From Octopus sinensis (taxonomy: Eukaryota): DNA of 64,000 nt. This document shows, one piece after another, positions 50,364 through 63,300 of this stretch (positions are counted from its first letter, which is position 1; each line of letters starts with the position of its first letter). The stretch lies in the NCBI RefSeq assembly GCF_006345805.1, contig NC_043014.1:48422001-48486000 (forward strand), read 5' to 3'. The notes under the pieces were generated by a model. The model did not search any database. It was not told the origin of the DNA and saw only the letters and a list, made by a program, of their open reading frames with translations. The translations under genes were made by a program, and so were the position numbers.

Positions 50364-50800
50364 TTACTTAATGACCTTGTCCCTGCATTAGAAATTATTA
50401 TCAATTGAGGGCTGTTAATAAACTGAAACAGTATCCAAACTGATCTCCAACCATGGCTCTACCTTATACTCCTTATCTACAGAGGTTGATTAACTTTAAA
50501 TATCCTTAATGTATCCCTATATGAACATTGGTTGTGTGTAGATGCAAGTGTGGTAGTGACAGCAGCACAGTGTGGAGTGATGAGCCACTACAGTTCAATT
50601 ATAATTTGCCCCACTGTGATTTAAACAATATTTTCTGTGAGAAGACTAGCGAGAAAAGTTTGAGTGATTTGTAAAATTGGTTCTTGATTGAATATGACAG
50701 GAAAAAAAAAAAATCTGTCTGCAGTCATTTTATCTTCTTCGGTGACTTCTTTGGTTTCACTGAAATTTGAATTTTCATCAACAAGGAGATTATTATAATG

Positions 50801-51054
50801 CCTCGTCTGGCCTCTGTGCCGGTGGCACGTAAAAAGCACCATCCGATCGGGGCCGTTTGCCAGCCTTGTCTGGCACCTGTGCCTGTGGCATGTAAAAAGC
50901 ACCCACTACATTCACGGAGTGGTTGGCATCAAGCTGTAGAAACACTGCCAGATCAGACTGGGCCTGGTGCAGCCTTCTTGCTTCCCAGACCCCAGTTGAA
51001 CCGTCCAACCCATGCCAGCATGGAAAACGGACGTTAAACGATGATGATGATGAT
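50801..51054 (+). mobile_element. Family C (RTE 3' UTR) copy with internal tandem GTGGCA.GTAAAAAGCACC units
   Basis: Matches other family C copies and ends in (ATG)n. Confidence 0.9.
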
Positions 51055-51452
51055 TCCTTATAGTGTATATGTACTATGTAGTTAGTATTGTATCTGTGTA
51101 CTGTATAAAGTATTGGAGTAGTGTATATGTTTTGGTGTGTATAGTCTATGACCATTCTTCACAGTCATTTGTATTCTCACCTGCAAACTCAAGCATCCCA
51201 AGATCTAATCTCACCACTCCTAACACTTTCCAGTGTCATTACAAGTTTGACACAACTTCATCACCCAGTACCAATCCAGTGCATGCTGACTGCCCCGGGT
51301 CCAGGCTACTCTTACTTGGTAGATTGTGTCCCACATTTCATACAAGTTAACATTATAAATCATACAAAGAACAAGGTTCTCCCTGACTCCTTCCTCTCCA
51401 CCTTCAGCACATGCCTCTCACAACTTACCCTGCCATAGTGTTTCACATTTAA

Positions 51453-51603
51453 TCCTTTAGCATTTGTGTTCCTCTGTCTGTGTAATACCTATTTATTTGC
51501 ATTGTTTTGAATCAATCTCATTGTTTTGAGATTTGGGTGGTGAAGCTGCATATTTTTAGAATGATATTGTAGGGTAGGTATGAGCAACCGAATCTGTGTT
51601 AAG
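51453..51603 (+). mobile_element. Degenerate piggyBac-like MITE copy
   Basis: TTAA TCCTTTAGCATT...TTTTTAGAATGATATTGTAGGGTAGG. Confidence 0.6.
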
Positions 51604-51659
51604 TTAATTTTTTGGCTCAAAAAGCAAGGCCATGTAGGGGACATGGAGTTATGTACAGG

Positions 51660-51900
51660 GTGGTGTTCAGGCCATTTGTGGTCAAGGGAGACTTTGAACC
51701 GAGCGGTCGTCGGCGTCTTCACTATCTCATCCGGCAGCTTATTCCACAGATCCGCAACCCGGACGGAGAAAGCCCCTCTCCTTCGATTGAGATGAAATCA
51801 TCGCAGATAGAGCTTTTCAGAGTGACCCCGCAGCCGACGCTCTGGAGCAGGAGTGAAGAACAGCTCTTTACTGTGTTAAGTCTTAAATTTCAGTATTGTA
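51660..51900 (-). mobile_element. CR1-clade LINE 3' coding end
   Basis: KELFFTPAPERRLRGHSEKL...GAFSVRVADLWNKLPDEIVKTPTTARFKVSLDHKW, the characteristic CR1 RGHS...WN.LP...FK..LD C-terminus. Confidence 0.88.
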
Positions 51901-52458
51901 CACATCATCATAACATTTTCCCCCCCAGACTTCGTACAGTTCCATTTCCATACAAGATGGGGGGGACTCTTTGTTGCCAACTGATGAAACAATTCCCTCC
52001 AAATTTTTCCTTCCTTTCTTACCAGTAGTGAAATATATACTGCCACCTCATCTACTCCCAGCTCTACTTAATTAGCTTGTTATTTTAATAAATGAACATA
52101 TTGTTTCTCACAAGCTATCTGAACAGTCACTCCATTCCCTCCATCACCACCACCACCAACAACCCCTGTACATCTCTTACCTTTCAAGTTCTCATACGTT
52201 GTCAGTTAGCCAAAGACCTCACTCCAGCTTTTCTGTGTCCATTGTTTTCCTAAAGAACATAAAATTCACTCCCTGGCTTTTGTTTCCCCTTATTGAACCA
52301 CTATAGCTTTTTCTGATGGCTTAGGGGTTTGTGTGTGTGTGTGTATATGTGTATGTACTCCCTGATTCTGTATCAATGTAGATTTAGCTATGACTTTCAT
52401 CTTTCTGTGGCTGATAAAAACTACATTGACAAACATATCAGTGATTCAGAAATCAAGT

Positions 52459-52490
<32 letters not shown>

Positions 52491-52675
52491 CATTCTCTCT
52501 CTCTTTGTGTGCTCTCACACACACACACACACGTATTCCATCGGGTAACAAGTTCAAAAGAAGCTATGTCCAACCATTTTAGAATAAAGAACTTAATTGT
52601 GAGAGTGCGTAAAATAAAATATTTGATCCATAATTGTTAGATCAACATTTTGTCAGGCTAGTGATTATGGATTGT

Positions 52676-52717
<42 letters not shown>

Positions 52718-53409
52718 GAATATGCACACACACCACATGTAAAGTATTATACACAAGCATGCACACATATATTAAAAGTGTCTTTATGTTTGCTGTGTGT
52801 GTAAGTCTGTTGAAGGAAGTTAAATGACTGCCTGTTTAAATATACCATTTCAATAGATTGATTAAATGTTAGAGTTGTGACAGGTTGCATGGAGTGAGCT
52901 TTGATGCTGCTTGTCTCAGGTTTCAGGAATGAAATCTTACCAAGGTCAACAATTGTCATTTTACCTTGGTGGGGAGAGCAGGAGGTGAAGTTTGCTGGCT
53001 GTTTATAAACTGATTTCAGTTGTAAAGGTTTAATATAGATTCGACTATTTCTCATTTCTTCAGTTAGTAATAATAATAGGAATATAGTTGAAGGTGCCTC
53101 TGCATGGTTGATCCACTTGCTAGAAGTAGCAGCCAGATAACCCTCAAATCGTGTACCACTGTCTCAAAAGCAGTATACATTGGATAATGTGTACCCTGCA
53201 CGTTTGCAAAAAAGATAAGATGGTCATTGCTGGAGTGTCTTTGATTTTAGGTTTGCTTGATCATGACTGAACTGGGGTTAGATAAAACAGAAAAAAAAGT
53301 TTTCTTACATTGGCCCAAGGCCTGAAATGTGAAGAGTGGGTACAACCCTCCATATATGACTGGTATTTTATTGATCAGGATAAAAGTATGTGTTGTGTCT
53401 CTACATGAA

Positions 53410-53690
53410 GGTTTGTCCCCAAACAAGGAGGTTTGTTTCCTCATGTCTGTCCCCAAACAAGGAGGTTTGTTTCCACATGTCTGTCCCCAAACAAGGAGGT
53501 TTGTTTCCACATGTCTGTCCCTCAAACAAGGAGGTTTGTTTCCACATGTCTGTCCCTCAAACAAGGAGGTTTGTTTCCACATGTCTGTCCCCAAACAAGG
53601 GGGTTTGTCTCTACATGAGTCTGTCCTCAAACAAAGGGATTTGTCTCTACAGGAGTTTGTCCTGAAACAAAGGGGTGTCTAGAGTCTGTT
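53410..53690. repeat. 34-35-bp minisatellite CTGTCCCCAAACAAGGAGGTTTGTTTCCACATGT
   Basis: AAACAA at 53421, 53455, 53489, 53524 and onward; about 8 units, decaying rightward. Confidence 0.93.
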
Positions 53691-54067
53691 ACCCAAAAGA
53701 CGGTCTCTAACAGGTCTCCAAATATGGTATCTCCATGCAAGTGATCGTGTCTCCATATAAATTTATGCCCCAAACGAGTGTGTGTGTGGGTGTCCGTCCA
53801 ATCAAGGTAATTTGTCTCCAAACAAGTGGGTTCCTGCTCAATAAGGGCCTGTCCACCTATCTCTATGCAAAATAGATTCAAGCTGACATATAGTATGGAA
53901 AGGGTTATTTCTATTGTATAGATGTAGTATTAAGATGCAGTATAGGAGGTAGTAGCAGTGTGGTTTATTAAAATAAATGTGAGGAGACATTATTACATTG
54001 ATTCTCTCTCTCTCTTGTATTTATTGTTGGCCTACTTTAATACACCTTAAATATGTGTGTGTGTGTT

Positions 54068-54099
<32 letters not shown>

Positions 54100-54181
54100 A
54101 ATATATATATATATATACACACACATATCATAGTAAAGGTGTGTGTGTAAGTATATGTCTGTTTATATATGTATGGCTGTA

Positions 54182-54236
<55 letters not shown>

Positions 54237-55180
54237 GATGATGATGATGTATATATGTATGGAGAGTGTGTATATGCATCATATATACACATATATCTAT
54301 GTATGTATATATCTCTATCTTTCTCTCCATATGTGTATGTGTTTGTGTATATATACACACACACACACATATTCGTGTATATGCACATAGACCTGTATGT
54401 ATGAATGTTTCTCTCTCTAGTGCAATCAGTCAGTTTTCTGAAGCAAAATATAGTCAGGAGATGATGTGATGGTTGTTGTCTGGAAGCTTTGTTTCCAAAA
54501 TTCAATGATATATATATATATAGCATACTGATAGATACATGCATGTACACACACACACATACTCATTCACTCTCTCTCTCTCTGCCAGGGACAAACATAC
54601 ATAGATCAACCTACATACATAAACTCTGCTTTACACAGTTTATGAAATCAATAGACAAGATGTGACGTTGATTTAGAATCCTTTTTAAAATGAAAATTTC
54701 ATAGATACACATGTGTGTATATACATATCTACACACATGTACATGCATATATGTATATGCATGGATACACAAGCATGTATGTGAATGCAGATATTGATAC
54801 GAACCGTATATGCTTCTGTGTATGCATAATCAAATACAGCGCTGTTTGCACATAGGTATACAGTATTTTGTTTGTGTGTATATATATATATACGCATACT
54901 TAGAGACACACACACATGTATAGATATAGATGTATTCATTTGAAGGTGTAGACACACATACAATAATATGTGCATGCACATACACACACTTGAACATAAA
55001 CACTCACATACCAAATTGCACATACATAACCACACACAATTGTGTGTGTATAGACAAGCATGGTCATACAAACTTGTGTACAAGGAAAATGGGCAACATA
55101 AACCTGTATATATATATATACAGCGGTAGGTGACACCCACATAAATGAGTGCATATACGTATATATACACTATACACACA

Positions 55181-55223
<43 letters not shown>

Positions 55224-55984
55224 TAAGTAATTAAGGGTTTAGCAACGATTTGCCTCACCACACACCGAATTTAGAAATAGCAGTCAAAGAGTTATAGCTA
55301 TTCCTTTCTACTAAAAGGGAGATCTCAGTAAAACCACAGCACTTGAAAGGCAAATACATACACATGTGCATTTTACAATACACACGTATGTACATGTGTG
55401 TGTGTGTATTTATAGAATAAACCTGTAACATACAAGCACAAACCTGTACATAGATGCATATACACAAACCTATATGTCTATAAAACTGTATATAGAAATA
55501 TGACTCTGGAAGCGAATGTTAAACACATCATTCCAGCTGTTGTCAGTCACAATATTGATCAACTCTCAATCACCTCTCTCTCCCTGTCTTATATATATAT
55601 ATATATATATATACATAAATACACACACATATTTGTGTTTATATATATGAGAGGGAGACATGCACATATGTCTCTAGTGTGTGTGTATCTCTCTTTATAC
55701 ACACGTAAAGGCATATTATGTAAATAGTATTAATTTTAGCCAAATGTTTTAACAATTTCTTCTTGGTCATTGCCCCACCCCGACAAAAAAAAAAAACCTG
55801 TGTCCACATGACTGGTTTCAGGCCTATTTAGAGCAACACTTCAAAAGTTGTGTACTTACACGTCTCTCTTCCCAGAGTGATTGTGTGTCTGTGGATGTTT
55901 GTGTATATCTTCGTACATTCATGCATGATATATGTACAGCCATACATTCAGTACTACTAACAGTGACTTCACTAACCGGAAAAT

Positions 55985-56060
55985 CTGATTTGCATAATTA
56001 GTATTGTGATAGTAGTTAATTTGCTTAATTAGTGACGTGCTAATTGATTTTGCATAATGT
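55985..56060. promoter_or_regulatory. Candidate enhancer: octamer/POU plus TAAT and CRE-half-site cluster
   Basis: ATTTGCAT at 55988-55995, TTTGCATAAT at 56049-56058, TGACGT at 56033-56038, several TAATT motifs. Confidence 0.3.
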
Positions 56061-56697
56061 AAATGTTCATTGGTATACCTACTCTGAGTCTTTTAGCTGT
56101 CACTGTTGAGTGTGATTCAGCATAATACAAAGTGAGTTAGTGTCCGCTTTCATCTATATAAGTCTGTTGCCATAAAGAAGGGGGAGACGGTTTGACTGGT
56201 TTCGGTCCTGTTTTGGGTAACTCCAATTGTTGTCATAACTGTGATTAATTAATATCACTATCAGATAATGGTGGGATGTACCATGTTTAAGATGGAATTA
56301 TTGAAGCAGTGTGGTGTGGTGTGGTTTATTGCTATTGATTGTTGGTGTATGAGGTGGGTGCTGAAAAGTTCCTGCCTTTTAGGGTATTGTGAAAGGCCTG
56401 GTTGGAGGCCCAACCTTCTGAGTTCTTTTACAGGGCTTAGAGAATCTGAAGGACTGTTACAATAGGTATGTGGAACTGAGAGGGGAATATGTTCAATAAA
56501 ATCATGATTAACTGATCCTCCTGTATTTTCTTTTACCCCAAACCCAGGAACTCTTCAGCACACCCCTCATACAAAAGCCAGTCTGACTATATACCAGTAT
56601 TTATATCTATCTATCTGTCTGTCTATCAGTACATGTGTGTATCTACCTATGTTTACATGTAGCTCTCTACCTATCAATATCTTCGTAAATTTATATA

Positions 56698-57057
56698 TGG
56701 CTGTGTGGTAAGTAGCTTGCTTACCAACCACATGGTTCTGGGTTCAGTCCCACTGTGTGGCACCTTGGGCAAGTGTCTTCTACCATAGCCTTGGGCCGAC
56801 CAAAGCCTTGTGAGTATATTTGGTAGATGGAAATTGAAAGAACCCATCATATATATATATGTGTGTATTTGTCCCCCCCCACCATCGCTTGACAACTGAT
56901 GTTGGTGTATTTACATCCCCGTAACTTAGCAGTTTGGCAAAAAGGACTGATAGAATAAATATTAGGCTTACAAAGAATAAGTCCTGGGGTCAATGTTTTC
57001 GGACTAAAGGCGATGCTCGAGCATGGCCACGGTCAAATAACTAAAACAAGTAGAAGA
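56698..57057 (+). mobile_element. SINE family B, near full length
   Basis: TGGCTGTGTGGTAAGTAGCTTGCTTACCAACC...GCATGGCCACGGTCAAATAACTAAAACAAGTAG. Confidence 0.92.
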
Positions 57058-57469
57058 ATGCACCCTCTCGTCTCCCCTTCTCTCTTTGGTGGATGCCATA
57101 CACCTCCTCCCTTCAACTGACCATGTTCAGATTCCTTGTCACCATCATGTAATTTGTCCATTTTACGTTCCATTCTTCTCACACTTTCCACCCATCCTTG
57201 CCCTTACAGCACTGGGTCACCCATAGACAACTTTATCTCATCAACCTTACCACCCTATCATTTCTCATTAACCCTGACACTAATTCCTTCCTCATTTCTT
57301 CTGTCCCTTACATACTTCCTCTTTCTGCACTGTTTACATTGTTACTTTCCCACTATTACTCAATCACAATTATAAATCTGCTCCCCTCTCATCATAATCA
57401 TACTCTCCCCTATTCTTCTTCTGTGTTGTGGAGACCCTTCTTAAGTTATTTAGTGTTGCATGTTGCCAG

Positions 57470-57652
57470 GCCACCTCTTTTGTGCTGGTGCCATGAAAAT
57501 AGCACTTGGCACACTCTGTAAAGTAGTAGGCATGAGGAAGGGCATCTCACTGTAGAAATAGACAATGGGAGCATGAGGCAGTTTTCTGACCCATTGCAGC
57601 CTCATCAGACTTTTCAATCCATGGCAACACGAAAAGTAGACTTAAAATGATG
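57470..57652 (+). mobile_element. Degenerate family C copy
   Basis: GTGCTGGTGCCATGAAAATAGCAC...GAGGAAGGGCATC...TTAAAATGATGAT. Confidence 0.65.
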
Positions 57653-57865
57653 ATCTGTCTGTCTATCTGTTTCACTTCCTACCTCTCTCTCCATAGCTAC
57701 CTGTTCATCTCTCCCTATACATTTAACAATATCTATTTATCCTATCAACATACAGTGACACCTGGAAGAGGTGGTATTTCTTTTGACAATTCAGAACCAT
57801 TGTTGCATCTTCCCTTGCCTTCTCTCTCTCTCTCTCTCTCTCTTCATACATACATACTTACATAC

Positions 57866-57928
<63 letters not shown>

Positions 57929-58622
57929 CACATGCATGCATGCACAGACACTGCCATTCGTTTCTCATTCCATTCTCTTCCTTCCTCTCTCCTGTTTTAA
58001 TAACAATCCTCTTCTAAAAGAACAGTACCGACCGCTTCCTCTATTTTTGATCAAAAGCATGTGACCAATATATTTATTTATGTATTTATTTATTAATATT
58101 TCTTTTGTGGTTTGTTTGTGTTGTTTTTTTTTCTTCGCGATTCCGGAGTCTGTGCAGATTTGTGATAATGTTGTCCCTGCAGGGATTTCCATCGTTGCCA
58201 ATGACAACAGAACAAGTGTTTGATAAACAAAGGAACAAACCTATTGATTTGTCAATGACAACTTTGCTCTCTCTCTCTCTCTTTTTTCACACAGCATTGC
58301 TTGTTTAGATAATAATAATAATAATAATAATGTGGAGGAGGATAAATTTCAAAATAGATTTAATAAGAAAGTTTATACAGCACTCCAGTCTCTCCCAAAA
58401 GTGTGCATGCACACACATACGCACTTTCTCTTCTCTCTCTCTCTCTCCTGCAATTTTCTTTCCTTATTCTTTTGGTGTTCAAAATTAAATTTAATTATTT
58501 CATTATTGCTCTGTAAACTCTGTGTGTGTGTTAATTGAATTCCAGAAGGACAAACAGAACTCAACTTTCCAAAGCTGTTGTTTTATTTAGAACTTAATAA
58601 ACCTACCCCCCTACACACACAC

Positions 58623-58982
58623 ATACTTACCTGTATCAATATGAATATAATTATATAAACTTACCTGTATAATTCTATTACTTATCTAAATATATTCTTA
58701 CCTTGTAAAAATATACTTATAATTGTATGAATTTACCTTTTATAAATACATTACCTATATAAATATGTAAACTTACCTGTATAATTCTGTTACCTATATA
58801 AATATATCTATGTATTTTCTTACCTATGTAAATATATTTTCTTACCTGTATAAATATGTATAATTATTGAAACTTACCGTTTATAAATATATTACCTATA
58901 TAAATAAACTTACTTTTAGAATTCTATTACCTTTATAAATATTTTCCTGTTTACCTGAATATAATATTGGCTATATATTACC
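58623..58982. repeat. AT-rich array of 14 TTACC motifs (minus-strand 5' splice-site consensus)
   Basis: ACTTACCTG at 58625, 58659 and 58771; CTTACCTG at 58841; TTACC every 17-37 bp. Confidence 0.85.
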
Positions 58983-58983
58983 A

Positions 58984-59018
<35 letters not shown>

Positions 59019-59174
59019 TTGTACCCAATTAAATCATCATCATGGACGTTAAACGATGATGATGAATTAAATATATATAATTATATAACCTTACTTGTAT
59101 GATTCAGTCAAAAATATATATAAATATATACATCTTTGCCTGTATATTACTACGTGCACACACACACAGATATT

Positions 59175-59885
59175 GGATAGGTGCAAGCATAGCTGTGTGA
59201 TAACAAATCTGCTTCCCAGCTACATAGTTTCCAGTTCCTGGTATGGCACCTTGGGCAAGTGTCTTCTGCTATTGCCAACCAAAACCGTGAGTGGATTTGC
59301 TGGATGGAAACTGAGAGAAGCTCACTGCATATTTGTGTATATATTTCTTTCTTTGCCTGACATCATGTGACAGTTGTAAATAAGTGTCACCGTTGTGCAA
59401 GCAGTGTCTTTCGTTTCCCATCTACTGCGAAAATGTCTGGTCATGAAGGAATATTACCTTGCTTGGAAACAGGTGAGGGTTGTTGACAGGAAGGGCATCC
59501 AGCTGTATAAAAAATTTACAACAAATTCTGCACAACCTATGCAACCATAAAAGAAGTGGACATTAGATGACATCATCCTCCTCCTCCTCCTTTAACATCT
59601 GTTATCCATGCTGGCATGGGTTGGACAGTCATATATGTGTTGAACAAATCGACCTCAAGGCTTATTTTTTAAGACTAGTACTTATTCTGTCGGTTACTTT
59701 TGCTGAACTGCTAAGTTATGGAGACATAAATATACCAACACTAGTTGTCAAGTGGTGATGAGGGGACAAATAGACATATATCTATATATGATGAGTTTCC
59801 ATCTAACCAAATCTACTTACAAGTATTTGGTTGGCCCAAGGCTATAGAAGACACTTGCCTAAGGTGTCATACAGTGGGAATTGAA
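59175..59885. mobile_element. Cluster: SINE B with RTE tail (+, 59175-59565), family C tail (-) and SINE B (-, 59640-59885)
   Basis: Recognisable family motifs in opposite orientations. Confidence 0.7.
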
Positions 59886-60377
59886 ACCACAATGTTACGA
59901 TCAGGAGTCCCACACCCTAACCCTTAACCTCCACTTAGAGATCTCTTAGCGATTTCTTTATTTGAGACACTCTTGTGCAATTTGAGGGTGTTTTGACTGT
60001 AATTTCTTTCAGGTCCAGTTTCTGTGTCTTTTGTGTGTGTGTGTGTGTGTGTGTGGATCTTGTAGGAAATAACAGCTAAATCTCCCCAAATTATTTTGTA
60101 CAGGGTATTGTCCTGGAAAAAACCAGATGGCCATGGTTGGAACGACTTGATCATGAGTTCGCTTGTAGCTCTGTGTGTTCATCCCTGTGTGTCTGTTGTA
60201 GTGTAGTCTCGTGTATCTGTGTATTTCTGTGAGTCTAGTTTCGTCCGTATGCAAAAATCGAATCAACAAGTTGGTTCTTTCTTTAACAGTAATGTACTGT
60301 TTTCTGTTACGCTTCAGTTTGTATCGTCAGCGGGGTTTATTGTTGTGGAAAAAGCATCTGTCACTGTCTCCACTAGA

Positions 60378-61379
60378 AGAATCGGGATAGCGTCGGACAA
60401 AATGTTTTCGCGTTGTTGAGTTACGTTCTCCGTTCACAACACGACGAGGTCTACTTTGCCTTTCATCCTTTCAGGGTCGATAAATTAAAGTACCAGTTGC
60501 ATCCAGTGTCGATGTAATCGACTAGACCCTGCCCCCCAAAATTTCAGGTCTTGTGCCTATAGTAGAAAAGATTATTATTATTATTATTATTATTAAAGCA
60601 GCGAGATGGCAGATTCGTTAGCACGCCTGGCAAAATGCCTAGAGGCATTTCGTCTGTCCTTACATTCTGAGTTCAAATTCCGCCGAGGAATCATTAGGCA
60701 GTGAGCCGGCAGAATCGTTAGCACGTCGGGCAAAATGCTTAGCGTCATTTCGTCTGTGTTTTGGTTCAAATTCGCCCGAGGTCGACGTTGCCTTTCGTCT
60801 TTTCGGAGTCGATAAAATATGTACCAGTCAAGTACCGTGGCGATATAACTGATTAGCCAGCCTCCCACAAAATTTCAAGCCTTGTGCCTTTAGTGGAAAG
60901 GGTCATTATTATTATGAAACATGTCGACTTTCCGCAAAGGCAGGGGTGCGGTTGACAAAGCCTGAAATTTTTACGAGGCGGGAAGGCTGCTCGATTACCT
61001 CGATCCCAGTGCTTGACTGGTTCTTATTTCATCGATCTCGAAAGGATGAAAGGCAGAGACGATCCCGGCGGAATTTGAACTCAGAACGGAAATGACGGAC
61101 GAAATACCGCGATGCATTTTCCCCAACATGCTAACGATTCTGCCATTGAAATAATAATCTTTTCCTGCTATCGGCACAACGCCCGGAATTTTGGTGGAGG
61201 GACCTCGTTGATTATTACATCGACCCCAGTTCTCGACTTCGTACTTATTTCTTCAACCCCGAAAGAACGAAAGGCAAACTCGACCTCGGCGGGATTTGAA
61301 CCCTTAAACGTTAAAGTGCCGGAAGAAATGCCGCCGAGCATTTTGTTCGGCGTGCTTAAACGATTCTGCCAGCTCACTA
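60378..61379. mobile_element. Cluster of five SINE A (alternative-tail) copies: three on +, two on -
   Basis: +: 60378-60580, 60596-60688, 60697-60912; -: 60950-61150, 61160-61379. Confidence 0.88.
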
Positions 61380-61625
61380 AATGTGGTCGTTATGGTGTTC
61401 GGGCTCTGCACCCGCCCATCGACACCCCACCCAACCCTTAAACAACATCACTATTGATAAGAGACCCTTTTGTCAGCACATTTCTTCATATCAGATATCT
61501 ATGACGATTTCATGTGGTTTCTACCAACATCAAACATCACCACCGTCGCCGCCAGCACTTTCACTCTCTCTTCTCCACAGAATGCCACATTTTCTTTCTC
61601 TTCTTACACTCATACGTACACACAG

Positions 61626-61672
<47 letters not shown>

Positions 61673-62498
61673 GTATATATACAGGATGCATGTCTTATGT
61701 ATATACACACACTCGCATATATGTATAATGTAACATGTAAACAGGAATAAATAATATATACGTGTGTATATTTGCATACATGCGTGGTTGTTTGCATATA
61801 TATATGTGTTTTCACACATGTAAGCACACACCTACACCTACACATGCACGCACGCACGCACACTTGCGCACGCATGCACAATGACTGATCACAGAAAATC
61901 GCAGGTGAAACTGCCTGCTGCCTCTCTCTCTCCCCCTCCCTCGTTACCTCTACTTTATCCTTTCTCTTTCTTTCACTCCATACCCCGCTCTCTTTGTCCT
62001 ATCTCTCCCTCTCCATTCTTCCTCCTCCTTATTCTTTCTCTCTCTCTTTCTCTCTGTCTCTCTGCTTCCAACCTCCAGCTACGCCTCCTCTCTCTCCCTC
62101 TCCGTTCGTTTCCTCACCACCACCACCACCGCCATCATCTCTTGGAAGATTTTTAGCAGGGCAAACATGGCTGTGGTGTTGCGAAGATATTATAAAGCGC
62201 CGAGGCAGGCAGCCAACTCCTACTGCTGCTACTCTTTCACCACCACCACCACCACCACCACCACCACCACCACCGCTGTTGTTATTATTATGATAGCGGC
62301 GGTGGTGTTGTGGTTTGTGTTGTGTTGTGGTGTGGTGATGTTGTGTGATGGTTTTTGTTGTTGTTATTGTGGTGGTGTTATGTTGAGCTGGCGATGGTGG
62401 GGGCGGCGCGTTGGCTCTGTTCCCAGTTGCTCAGCCACTCAATACACATACACTACTAAAAAAATAACGAAAAACAATACAACTGTTCATCATCTTAT

Positions 62499-62499
<1 letters not shown>

Positions 62500-62546
<47 letters not shown>

Positions 62547-62547
62547 G

Positions 62548-62578
<31 letters not shown>

Positions 62579-62637
62579 GACAAACACATGTAATGTTAGG
62601 TGTATTTGTGTAAGTATAATATTAACTCAGATGATTC

Positions 62638-62669
<32 letters not shown>

Positions 62670-62682
62670 ATATATCTATCTA

Positions 62683-62716
<34 letters not shown>

Positions 62717-62785
62717 CACATAGATATATCCTACATGTATTTATGTATTTGTCTGTCCCTCCTCTATTCTGTCTCTCTCTATATA

Positions 62786-62857
<72 letters not shown>

Positions 62858-63227
62858 TAATTATATATATATATATATATATATATGTGAGGTGGAAATG
62901 AAGCACCAGTTAATTGTGCCCTTTCAATCTCCCCCTCCTCCTGTCCTTCTCTTCTCAGTTAAAAATCAACAAGCTCTCTCTCTCTACCCGCTCCCCCCTT
63001 CTTTTCCCCTCCCCCTCCCTCTCGCTCGCTCACTCTTGTTCCATTCGCTGATCTGAATAGATTGCTAATTACTGGCAACACTAGGAATTTAGTTACACAC
63101 ATATGTAAATATATATACACATATATATATATATATAATATATATGTGTGTGTATGTGTATATGGGTGTGTGTATAAGCACAGCCGCATTTCACACGCAC
63201 GCATAATTATCAATGTGTGTATGTATA

Positions 63228-63258
<31 letters not shown>

Positions 63259-63300
63259 ATTATATATATATATATGTATATGTATGTATATATATATGTA
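62500..63300. repeat. (TA)n-dominated microsatellite region
   Basis: Directly visible. Confidence 0.9.
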
